Under the pieces are notes generated by a model that worked only from the letters and a program-made list of their open reading frames with translations, was not told the origin of the DNA and did not search any database. A stretch of DNA of 64,000 nt from Thalia democratica (lineage: Eukaryota): NCBI GenBank assembly GCA_965202585.1, contig OZ241829.1, positions 14,818,001 to 14,882,000 on the forward strand, read 5' to 3'. Shown piece by piece: positions 39,100 to 50,598 of the stretch; position 1 is the stretch's first letter; every line of letters begins with the position of its first letter. Position numbers and translations under genes: made by a program.

Positions 39100-39297
39100 A
39101 ATTCTTGTAGTTTACAAGTTTAAATGCTACTGTGAAAATAGCGACATTGGACAAATTTCCCGTCACCTAAAAACAAGAATAAATGATCATGTTCCAAAAT
39201 GCTTTACGTATTACATCAGAGACAAAAAGATAAAATGAGCGTAGCAGTCAAAAATGCGATAAGAAAATCAGCTATAGCTAAACAGATACAATCATAA
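39100..39297 (+). mobile_element. Penelope-like element GIY-YIG endonuclease fragment
   Basis: VVYKFKCYCENSDIGQISRHLKTRINDHVPKC then, after a frameshift, VAVKNAIRKSAIAKQ; matches the PLE VVYKF.C.C...YIGQT.R.L.TRI.EH....SAIA.H pattern. Confidence 0.75.
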
Positions 39298-40299
39298 GGT
39301 CAAAGAAGAGAAACATCGTTAAATTATAAAAATAAGGTAGACCACATAATCAACAATTTTTAAAGTATTTTGCTATCTTTAGATTACTGTTAGTTGTTTT
39401 AACCTAAATGTAAAACAAATTAAAATATTTAAAGATACAATCATGAAGACAAAGAAGATAAACATCGTTAAAAGAGAAGAATAAGGTAGACCAATAAGAA
39501 ACAGCACCAACATATTGTAACTGATTTGAACAATTATCATGAAAAAAAAAATTTGACAAAGAGTTTAATTCTCTCTCTTTAACAAAGACTCCAAGTCTGA
39601 AGGTTGTGCTAGCATTGGAAATTTAGATTTGGTAAATGTTAAATGTTTGCATTTAAGTTCAAGAGCTTTAAGCGAAAAGAATATCGTTTGGACGAGTTCT
39701 ATTTTGAACACTGAAAGGTTATCAATTTTCATATACTCCACCGACGTCGATTCACCTACAATAGCTTCCAGTATAATTTAAACGAATATTAACAGTGGCT
39801 AGCTGTTGTTAAGTAAGATGCTGAAAACTAAATAGTAAAAAAAGAAAACTATCTATTTTACTAACTATTTAAACACAAATGAAACTTTTCAAAGGCATTT
39901 GTCGAAGACAAATGCCTTCTTTTTACCAACTTTTTATTTTTAATAAATTTTGTCTGAATTGACATATTCATATTAACATCAAGTTTATCACAAAAAGCAT
40001 GATACATTATTTAAAGAAAGTATTAAAAAGGCAAAAATTCAAGTTGTAATAAATAAAAGCAGTATGTAGTATTTACCTTCATTCAATTTTTTGTTATACA
40101 GTGTCGAAAGATGAAATTAAAACACTTCAGGGAAAAATTATATAGAAAACATCTTAGTACAGCTGTATTAGTTTAAGTTTGATTTAATTGCTGAGTATAT
40201 TCAGTATATAAGTTTTATACGAAGCAGTGGCAAATATCAAACCTAACATAATTATCTGCACGGATATGTCCACGGATAAGCATTAAAGGTGCATAATGA

Positions 40300-42600
40300 A
40301 AAACCAAATGAGATGAAAAAGAGTTTCTTTGAAAGGGATTGGATCAAGACTTTTATTATCTAGCTGCCATAGGAGTGGAAGTAGGCGTTAGCATGAATAC
40401 TTTTGTCAGGAATGATAATGAATTCCTGCTGAAAAGTCTTTTAGAGTACAACATATAGTTGGTTTTAAAACCTTGTAGAAAAAGTTAATACACCTTTGTC
40501 ACATACATGATACCAAGATAACAGGAAATGAAATACTGTGAATGCAGCTTGTCTAAGAATGATAGAATTACAAACTTTTTATTCTCTGATTAGGTTTCAT
40601 TTGACAGTAACAGATTCGAAAACTTGATAAAGGTTCCGCAGTTGATACAGAATTACCATAATAAACCTAAAAGGAGTCCTATTGAAAAAAGTTAATGTCA
40701 AAGATGTGTAATCTAGCCTTTCTTGCTCATCTTGAGGACAAAACCAGCACAAAGGAAGCAATAACCAATACACGGTACGTGACAATGAATGTACTTTAAA
40801 TAAATAAAGACGGTTCCGTGATGAAATTAATCAAAAAGTTTACAAAGATGACAATATAAAGGTTGAAACTGCTTGCAAGTCTAATGATTGCACTTCAGGT
40901 TGGAGATCATCTGTTTAGGGAGGTTGGAGAAGATGCTGTGTGAGACATGAAACACCCAATATTTGGTGATCCCATGGACCAGCCACAAGATGTTATTGGC
41001 GGCTTTTATGTAGGGTACTTCAAGGATAAAAACATTAAGAACGAACAAAATGCTGAGTATGCATTGGCTGGCAAACTGGCACTTGCAGAAGAAAAGTTGG
41101 AGAGTTGCGATCCTGAATTTTTAGGTGATAAAGGCAATTAATCTTTTAACTTTTACAGAATTTTCCCTTAAAAATTTTGTTGCCCGTGGTGCGATGACAA
41201 AGAAAATAATAGCACGGAATCATAGCGGTGACCCTGACATCAAAATAGAGAGAACAATATATCATTATATGAGCAGGATATCATGAGATGAACTTCAGAC
41301 ATCATTCATTACAGATGAGACACGGGAAAGCAATAAAAAAGCACACCGAGAGCCATGGTCTCCGTTGCTAAAGTTGCAACAGACGATGAACAATAAACCC
41401 ATTTATGAATGCTTGGGTGGATTACTTGAAATGTTTGAAAACAAGATGGAATACTTGTTGATTTATTTAATGAACACCAGAATGGGGGTAATGATTAAAT
41501 ATATGTTCTGGATGGAATATCCAGAGTCATACAGGCTATATGCGAAAGAATAGACAAATCAGTGTGCAGCCTTCTTTCTTCAGAGATCATGACTTACCCA
41601 AAAAATAAACAAAAACTGCAGACTGATCATCACAGCAAACCCAGACAGTACTTTGACAAGCCGTGCACTTATGAATTCTAGCAATGATTTTCAGGGTTGT
41701 GTCACACTAACTTAGTCACCAAATAATGACCGCATACATGCTGTCAATTGTTCCTAAAAGGTAGAGAGATTTTATAGAGAGGGCCTTTTCCATGTGAAAG
41801 AAAAAATAAATTTATCTTCAGACAGGCTTCTGCAATAAGCTCATAAATGATGTACACAAGTGTAAACCAAAAAAAGAGAGAGTTAACATGATCATGGAAG
41901 CACACAGAGGGGATTGTACAGTCTATTAGATGAAGAAGGAAGGTTTTGTCTATACAGCTCGTTCTGGCATGATGCAAGGAAATCCTTAATTTTTAGTCAT
42001 CATCCTTTTACGTTAGTTTCACTATAACAAATAAATGTCTTGAAGTGAACCTGATTGGGAACTACCCAACAAGGGATAATTGATAAATTTGAGGACAACT
42101 AGGAAAAAAAGAATGTCTTTCAACCTTGGGGAAAAAGAGAGAGGCAAAGTGTCAACAATACTATACTGTTTTGCATCAGGTTCTTGATAATGTTTCTTAC
42201 ATTGACACAGTGAGAGATGTACAGTTTGGTCAGATGTATGTACATTACAAATCACTAGGAAATAGTATAAATCACCTATTCCCTGACATGATGACTAGAA
42301 TGGCAATGACAAGAGCTCCTGACATGGGTTGGTTTCTTATAGATCATCCTAATGCAGTTGGAGTATTTGGGCTCAATTACATTATATACAGGAAAATTAT
42401 GTCAACCAAGATATTCAGGAGGATATTGACAATGGCAATTGGGAATAAGAGGAAAAATTTTGAAGATAGAAATTCTTCATAAAACATCAGGGTTAAAATT
42501 GATAAAGGGAAGAAACTTCAGGCTTTAAGAGACAAAATGGATGAAATAAATGAGTATGTAAATAAAAAAGTCTATGTGTACTCTGGCAGCAGGCCTTGAT
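40300..42600 (+). pseudogene. Endogenous viral element: phenuivirus-like L (RdRp) gene fragment, heavily decayed
   Basis: Collinear L motifs across frameshifts and stops: AIGVEVGVSMNTFVRNDNEFLLKSL..LVLKP..TFVTY (40357-40510); FLAHLEDKTSTKEAITNTRYVTMN (40704-40799); HPIFGDP...FYVGYFKDK (40947-41141); motif F LFNEHQNGGND*IYVL...ERIDKSVC...PKNK (41451-41620); motif A SSND (41677); motif B SGMMQG/ILNF*SS (41963-42005); QMYVHYKSLG...PDMGWFLIDHPNAVGVFG (42126-42482); GKKLQALRDKM (~42500-42540). Confidence 0.88.
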
Positions 42601-45357
42601 GAGCAATCACCTTTTACTTTATCCTAGTTGTTACCTCGATGAGCAGTAATATTTTGTTTTCAAGTTGTACATTTATTTTACATTTATTGTTTTTAGCATG
42701 CTTCAGAAAGTTAGATCTTCAATTAGATCTAATTTGAAACATTAAAAAAAGAAAATATTGAATCTCTACAGGAATTTGAGCTAATTGAAAAAAAAGTAGT
42801 GGTAGTATAAAGTTTATGTCTTATTTCAGTAAAAATATAAATTATGCCGCTAAAATACACCAAACAAAATTTGATCACAATTGAAAAATATTTAACAGAC
42901 CAAAAAATGGTTTTAAAGACTTAAAAAAACAAGTTTGTTTGCGAAATCCTCGAAACATTTATAAACAATTATTTTAAGAATATTAACAATATACGATATA
43001 GTAGTTTATTTGGTAATTATTGTGTCCCAAATTAAAAAACAATACGCATAAACTACTAAATACAACAATAAACAACATAAACTGTAAAGCAAAACTACTA
43101 TTCAACAAAAATCAGATAATAAAAATAGTTGAATGTAGTGCATAAATATCAATAAACCATAAGTAAGGATCTTTTCAATCCATATAAATTTTTTGAAAAG
43201 GATCTAGCCGGATACAAATCAATATAGCTATAAACTAAGTTACATCTAGATTACAATTTTTTTTTTGGAAAAATATCATTTCTAAAACAAACAAATGTTC
43301 AGCTCCCAAACAACTTTTCATAAATTTGAGAAAAATAGAATTCAATATGTTTAGCAATAAGAAATTATTTGAGAGGAAAAACATAATAAAAAAAGTTAAT
43401 GTAAATAGTTTTCAAGTTACACAAAATAATGAAAGTGTCATAGAATGTATGCAATTAAGGAAGGAAAATAATTTCAACCACATAATAAAGAGAAATTTAA
43501 TCACAAATATTTTCTGAAGAATCAAATCAAATTACCTCTGTATTGTCAAACTATTTAATCATTTCAAATAAATTCATTTTCTTTAATTGACTTTGAATAA
43601 ATGGCTTTAGCAAAAGGTAATGTTGGAAAAATCTGCAACTAAATCTTTGGTACTTTTGCAATAATTGTTGCAAAACCAAAAAAGACATTAATATAAAATT
43701 ATATAATAATTTATAGTTAATACCACAACAACAGATGTATATTTAATTTTTTTAATAAATAAAGCAGATTGGCAAAAACTTGATTTAACCTATGTTTACT
43801 AATGTATCAAATGTTATATAGCTATCATATATGAAGTTAAAAATATCAGAAACAACATACCTAGTACTTTTTAAAAAAAAATTTTAATTATATTTTTTTT
43901 ATTGAACAAAACTTCTTGATTTCAATGTCTATAAAACTATTTAAAAATATAATATTTTGTCTGCTTGTAATGCTCGTGTTTTAAAAACTCTTAAGCCTAA
44001 GTTTTAGTTCTATGAATACACAAGAATTCATAAACGAAACAACCTCTTAGACCTGAAAAAACTGCTTGATCAAGGTGTTTCTCCTCATCAACCACACTCA
44101 ATGAAAGGTGTCTCCCCTCTACAGCAACAATAATGAGAGGATGGTACATGAAACTAGGTGAGCCAACAAGGGGTGGATCAATTTGCTAGTTCTTTTGACC
44201 AACTTGGTACTTCTTGAACCTGCAAGTAAATTGTCTTAGGGTTCATAAAAGAAGCATTCTATTATCATTAATATATACATTTTTTAATCAGTAATTAAAG
44301 ATTTTTGTTATAAATTTTATGAAATTTTTTTTTAAATATTCATTAAACTTCTGAATATTATAACAAGTCTATATAAAGTTTTATTACTGCTAAGAAAATT
44401 GAATCAAATTAACCTTTAGGTTTTGATTGATTGTATTCCATTTTTTTAATGAACACTTTAGTCCAAACTATACATTGTATTAAAGGCTAACAAAAAAAGC
44501 TTATACGCCAGCAAAAATAAGAAAACATCAATAAACTATTTTAGATTTTTGGTATTTTTTATAAAATATAATGTAAATCAATACATAATACTATATATAT
44601 ATAACTTAAATTACAAACTTTGGTAACTTTGACATTATTAGATTTCATACAAAAAATGTTATGGAAGGTAAAACTTTTTTTAATTAAAATCTTTAAAAAA
44701 TTCGTTAAAAAGCTGAAGCATTACAAAAAACTTGAGTTTTAATTATTTTAAATTTCAAAGGAGACTCATCTAAGGCCATAAGGGGTTTAACCATTTTTAT
44801 TACTAAAATCAACTTTAGTCCTAAATGAAAGCTTAGTTTATAAACAAAGAAACTTTTCACAAAGTATATAAATTATTAAGTTTTTGTAACATAGTTAATT
44901 ATGTAAAATGTTTCTGATACAAACATTAAAATATTTTTTTATATTGCTGGTTTTCTTGGAATTTTGTAAAAAACTATTAAATCGTTATTCTCCTTTACTT
45001 TTTATCAAATAAACTTAAACTTTCATGTAATATTTCTTGCATTTATAGAAAAAAGCCCACTCTAATGATATTATTAAAATTTAAAAAAACTTAAGAATTT
45101 GATGACTGATAAGTAAAATAGCAAATCAATTTTTTTAGAAAATGAAAATCTTAATTTAAATTATAAACTATTAAAATAGCATTGCTTTAACTTATAAGTT
45201 TCAGAACTATTGATTAAAAACTGTAAGAGGAGAAATATTTCTAATAAATAGTCTTATTCACATTGGTACTTTCATAAGGAACCTATTAAACTCTCTAACT
45301 ATATAATCTTAATATCGAAAACTAGTTTGATATTTACTAAGCGGTAAAATGCAACTA

Positions 45358-46107
45358 CAGTAATCTCTCGCTTATTTACGCACATTGTGTCCACAGAAAA
45401 AGTTTGAAAGATATGAGAGATGGTAAAGATACGAGAGGTACCAAATATACTTACTACAATGGCTGTATTTTTATTTTGCTTCTAGTTAAAAGCAGACTGG
45501 GGACTTTCCCACTTTTAACAATTTGTTTACTTTATTTATAAATATGAAATCAAAATATAAAACTCTACATATTTAAAAAAAAAGATTTAAATTTATATAA
45601 AATAATAATACTTATAGAAAAGTTTTACTAATTTTAACAATAAGTAGATTTTAATTTTATCTTTATTTATATGTGACTTTTTTAATAATTAACATTTATA
45701 ATCTACTACTTAGCAAATTCAATTTATAATTAAACAGTTGTTTACAATTAAGAAATAGTGTCTATATATATCTATGTTAACATTTTAAACTCTCATTATT
45801 TTATTATACTTTCATTATTTACACAGTTATATTACTTTCCAAAATTTAATTTAATATCTTATTGTTAACAAAATTTCTGATATACTGAGGTATACTAAAT
45901 GTTTATCAATTAGTCAAGGAACATAATTTAACAAATTTTAAAAATATAGAGAGGTGAGTTAACATTTAAAAACATATTTTAAATTGAAAATATACAATAA
46001 ACCTAATTTGTGCAATATTAAAATAAATTTAAATTTTTATATTTTGAATTTTGGAATTCTAAAATGCGTAACTAAACGAGAGTGCGTAAAGATGCGAGAG
46101 GTTACTG
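45358..46107. mobile_element. Tc1/mariner (pogo/Tigger-like) MITE
   Basis: 26-bp TIRs CAGTAATCTCTCGCTTATTTACGCAC / CAGTAACCTCTCGCATCTTTACGCAC flanked by TA on both sides. Confidence 0.85.
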
Positions 46108-46734
46108 TAGCAGATAAGTTAAAAAGCTTTAAATAAGATCAACATGTAAAAAATAATTTTCTTCTGGTACGACTTTAAACTATATTAGTTTATATATTTT
46201 TGTTTGAAAAACTTATATTTTTAACTAAGTCAAAATAAAATAGATATTCAATTTTGGAAGAGGTTTAATACAAAGAGGATCTCAAAAAGAATATTTTTGT
46301 AGTGTAAATATGCTGTTATAAAACAGAAAAGCATACATGAATCAACTGCAGAAGTTTAAGTATCTCAATGGGCTGTTGGGTGGAAATTTATTTTTTTGTG
46401 ACTAAATATAAACTAAGTTTTTTGTTATATTTGGTAGAGCTTAGCTCTTCATTTCGTAACTATTTGCTTTTAAAAGTATTCTAGGAGTAAAAATTAAATT
46501 TGTAATGCTTATTTTTTCTTTTCTTTTTTGTAAAAAATACTGAAAATGCTACATGTTTAATGTCAAAACTAAGGTATTCGACAACTACATAAAGATACCT
46601 GAATTAATCATACATGATTATTCTTTATACCAGCTCTATCTTTTTGGCTTTCTGTTTTTGGAAATATTGAGTTGTGAGTATTTTTTTGTAATTAATTTTT
46701 ACTTTTATAAAAATTAAGGGTTTTTACAAAATTT

Positions 46735-46952
46735 CAGGATGTACTCAAGAAAAGAACAAGTCACTTTTGAACAAATTGTCACTTTCACAAAAGTGGTAAC
46801 ATTTGCACAAGGTTAGAGTTAGGGTCTGGCTTAGGGTCATAGTTAAAGGTTAAAGCTAGGGTCCTTGTAATGTGAATGTGCAAATATTACTGCTTATGGA
46901 AAATAACCCTTTGTACAAAAGTGTGCCTTTGAGTAAAAATGACGACCTACCC
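46735..46952. mobile_element. Small degenerate MITE with 17-bp GTCACTTT repeats and TTAGGG-like core
   Basis: GTCACTTTTGAACAAATTGTCACTTTCACAA repeats, core GGTTAGAGTTAGGG..TTAGGG..GCTAGGG, and right end ..GACCTACCC resembling the 23120 terminus. Confidence 0.5.
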
Positions 46953-48729
46953 ATTAAGGACATATAGCTCTACAACTAAGCATCCCCATATTACATCTTT
47001 GTTTATAAGTACACAAGATAAGTTAAAAAAAAGTATAGTGAATAGTGTCTTTTGAACAACCAACTTTAAGGTTCTTGTAAAGCAATATCTTAATTTTTTA
47101 ATGTCTATTAATTTAATTTCAATTTTTTAAGCAACTTGAACAATAATTTTCTATAAAAACTATATCAAACTAGAGAAAACCATAATAAAAAACAAATTAC
47201 AGGTGTCTGTGTCTGAATTTTTTTGTTAGCTAGCAAACCATTTTTAGATATAACTTATAGATAATTTTGAGTAAGTTGAACTGACCATCTACAAAATTCA
47301 ACAACTTATGAAATTCTTAAAAATAAAATATAAAATATAATTTTCAAAGGACCTCATTTATGAACCATTCAACTAATTTTATTATAGTTTTATTGCTATG
47401 TCAAATCAAAAATGTCAATATCTGCATTAACCCACTTTCTCAGCTCACTGTGCAACACCATCAATGTATTTACTTCAGCTTAGTTATTAGTACAGTGTTT
47501 CAGCCTTTTATTAAGTAAAAAGTCCAGCTTGAGTCGGCCCAAGTTGGTTAAAAAATCAAAAAATTTTTTGAGTTAAATACTTTAGCTACTTTTTGACCTA
47601 GATATAAACTTTAGAATAATTAAAATACAAAATTTTATACACTTATTGGATAAATTTAACTTTATACATATGATGATCTATCAGTTATTAAAACTAAATC
47701 AATTAAACTTTTATAAAATAAAATGTAATTATATAATAAAGTTATTAAATATTACTAAGTTACAGTGGGACAACAACTCACATACAGATATATTTCAAGT
47801 TTATTTACTTATACTTTATCATGTGTGAACAGCATTCCATAGTAGGTACTTCATATTGTTGAGTGCAAGGAAATAAAGTGAGCAAAGAATGTTTAAGAAC
47901 TTTGTGAAGATGTTTCCAATTTTTTATTAAACTTTATAAGTAGGAGAAAAGGGTTTTTTGGTCATCCAATTTAAACCAGGGTTGAACTTACGATACTTTA
48001 ATCCGTTTGTAGTACACTTGTAGTGATTACAAATAAAATTTTCATAATGAAAAATTAAGAAATTTATAAAACTAACTTTAAACTAATAAAACACAAGAAA
48101 ACGTTTAGATAAAATTATAAAAATATTTCAAATTTGTAAGATTATTGTTTGTTTTACTATGGTTTTATTAGAAAAACTTATCGTATGGCTTAACAGAAAT
48201 TTAGAAACTAGTGTTACTTTTGTTTTAAAAATACATTATAAACTACTGGAAGGTTTAAAACGCTTATAGGTTATTTAAATGCTAATTTGTACTTTTTAGC
48301 AAAAGGTAGTCTTATAAATAAAAGACATGTTTTGGTTATATTAATATTTTCATGGTGTAAAACTCAACACTAACCATTGTACAAGCAATATTACAAGAAT
48401 TTTTTTTTAATGTATAGTAACTTTTACATTTTAATATAGACTAATCTTAAAATAGTTTTTTTATCTGAAATAGTTAATATTCTATTAGCTTCAAAGTTAT
48501 AAGGTTTTTCTTTTATTTAGATATTATAGAAAAACAAAAACTTTTATTTAACATTTACAAATTAAAAACAAGACACTTAAAAACTAAAAATAGTAGTTTA
48601 TTAATAAAATCAACAAAATCGGCGAAAGTCTGCAGAACAAGTCCGGACTTTCGTTTGCCGTGAGACAAGCTCAAATTTAACAAAAGGGTTGATCATGCCA
48701 ATTCGATCATCAGACCACAAGTTTCGGTA

Positions 48730-48772
48730 GACTGAGACCGGTTTCGTCCTTATTAGGACTCATCAGTCAGTC
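48730..48772 (-). ncRNA. Type I hammerhead ribozyme
   Basis: Minus strand reads GACUGA-CUGAUGA-GUCC-UAAUAA-GGAC-GAAA-C-CG-G-UC/UCAGUC. Confidence 0.9.
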
Positions 48773-49057
48773 ACAACCGAAAAACTTGTAGTCGTCAATC
48801 TACAAACGGTTTATCATGCTTTCGCATGAAGCTACCATTTGCTGGCAATGATTAGTGACGTCAGCATTGTCTTTGCCGTGCAACGTTTAAAACATTGTCC
48901 ACTAGGCAAGACATCTGGTACGCTCGTTTTAGTACAATCAACAAAATCGGCGAAAGTCTGCAGAACAAGTCCGGACTTTCGTTTGCCGTGAGACAAGCTC
49001 AAATTTAACAAAAGGGTTGATCATGCCAATTCGATCATCAGACCACAAGTTTCGGTA

Positions 49058-49100
49058 GACTGAGACCGGTTTCGTCCTTATTAGGACTCATCAGTCAGTC
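49058..49100 (-). ncRNA. Type I hammerhead ribozyme
   Basis: Identical copy, +328 bp. Confidence 0.9.
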
Positions 49101-49385
49101 ACAACCGAAAAACTTGTAGTCGTCAATCTACAAACGGTTTATCATGCTTTCGCATGAAGCTACCATTTGCTGGCAATGATTAGTGACGTCAGCATTGTCT
49201 TTGCCGTGCAACGTTTAAAACATTGTCCACTAGGCAAGACATCTGGTACGCTCGTTTTAGTACAATCAACAAAATCGGCGAAAGTCTGCAGAACAAGTCC
49301 GGACTTTCGTTTGCCGTGAGACAAGCTCAAATTTAACAAAAGGGTTGATCATGCCAATTCGATCATCAGACCACAAGTTTCGGTA

Positions 49386-49428
49386 GACTGAGACCGGTTT
49401 CGTCCTTATTAGGACTCATCAGTCAGTC
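49386..49428 (-). ncRNA. Type I hammerhead ribozyme
   Basis: Identical copy, +656 bp. Confidence 0.9.
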
Positions 49429-49713
49429 ACAACCGAAAAACTTGTAGTCGTCAATCTACAAACGGTTTATCATGCTTTCGCATGAAGCTACCATTTGCTG
49501 GCAATGATTAGTGACGTCAGCATTGTCTTTGCCGTGCAACGTTTAAAACATTGTCCACTAGGCAAGACATCTGGTACGCTCGTTTTAGTACAATCAACAA
49601 AATCGGCGAAAGTCTGCAGAACAAGTCCGGACTTTCGTTTGCCGTGAGACAAGCTCAAATTTAACAAAAGGGTTGATCATGCCAATTCGATCATCAGACC
49701 ACAAGTTTCGGTA

Positions 49714-49756
49714 GACTGAGACCGGTTTCGTCCTTATTAGGACTCATCAGTCAGTC
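49714..49756 (-). ncRNA. Type I hammerhead ribozyme
   Basis: Identical copy, +984 bp. Confidence 0.9.
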
Positions 49757-50227
49757 ACAACCGAAAAACTTGTAGTCGTCAATCTACAAACGGTTTATCA
49801 TGCTTTCGCATGAAGCTACCATTTGCTGGCAATGATTAGTGACGTCAGCATTGTCTTTGCCGTGCAACGTTTAAAACATTGTCCACTAGGCAAGACATCT
49901 GGTACGCTCGTTTTAGTACAATCAACAAAATCGGCGAAAGTCTGCAGAACAAGTCCGGACTTTCGTTTGCCGTGAGACAAGCTCAAATTTAACAAAAGGG
50001 TTGATCATGCCAATTCGATCATCAGACCACAAGTTTCGGTAGACTGAGGCCGATTTTGTTGATTGTACTAAAACGAGCGTACCAGATGTCTTGCCTAGTG
50101 GACAATGTTTTAAACGTTGCACGGCAAAGACAATGCTGACGTCACTAATCATTGCCAGCAAATGGTAGCTTCATGCGAAAGCATGATAAACCGTTTGTAG
50201 ATTGACGACTACAAGTTTTTCGGTTGT

Positions 50228-50270
50228 GACTGACTGATGAGTCCTAATAAGGACGAAACCGGTCTCAGTC
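50228..50270 (+). ncRNA. Type I hammerhead ribozyme
   Basis: Stem I GACUGA/UCAGUC, core CUGAUGA (50234-50240), stem II GUCC/GGAC, GAAA, minimal palindromic stem III ACCGGU; predicted cleavage after GUC at 50264. Confidence 0.92.
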
Positions 50271-50555
50271 TACCGAAACTTGTGGTCTGATGATCGAATT
50301 GGCATGATCAACCCTTTTGTTAAATTTGAGCTTGTCTCACGGCAAACGAAAGTCCGGACTTGTTCTGCAGACTTTCGCCGATTTTGTTGATTGTACTAAA
50401 ACGAGCGTACCAGATGTCTTGCCTAGTGGACAATGTTTTAAACGTTGCACGGCAAAGACAATGCTGACGTCACTAATCATTGCCAGCAAATGGTAGCTTC
50501 ATGCGAAAGCATGATAAACCGTTTGTAGATTGACGACTACAAGTTTTTCGGTTGT

Positions 50556-50598
50556 GACTGACTGATGAGTCCTAATAAGGACGAAACCGGTCTCAGTC
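50556..50598 (+). ncRNA. Type I hammerhead ribozyme
   Basis: Identical copy, +328 bp; predicted cleavage after 50592. Confidence 0.92.

Noticed and set aside
39560-39780. Minus-strand ~70-codon open stretch beside the L EVE (IILEAIVGESTSVEYMKID...)
   Set aside because: No recognisable motif; it cannot be assigned to virus, TE or host.
31804-42600. Viral sequences as contamination from a live RNA virus
   Set aside because: They contain stops, frameshifts and deletions and are embedded in host repeats, which fits genomic fossils. Long-read confirmation is still desirable.
43990-47560. Scattered minus-strand exon-like pieces (e.g. QIDPPLVGSPSFMYHPLIIVAVEGR at ~44100-44190)
   Set aside because: They contain stops and could not be joined or assigned to a family with confidence.
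49922-50161. 79-aa ORF in the ORF track
   Set aside because: It is a chance frame crossing the inversion junction of a non-coding repeat.
50287-50345. Second CUGAUGA in each 328-bp unit as another hammerhead
   Set aside because: It is not followed by a stem II closing onto GAAA, and no matching stem I/III with an NUH site was found.
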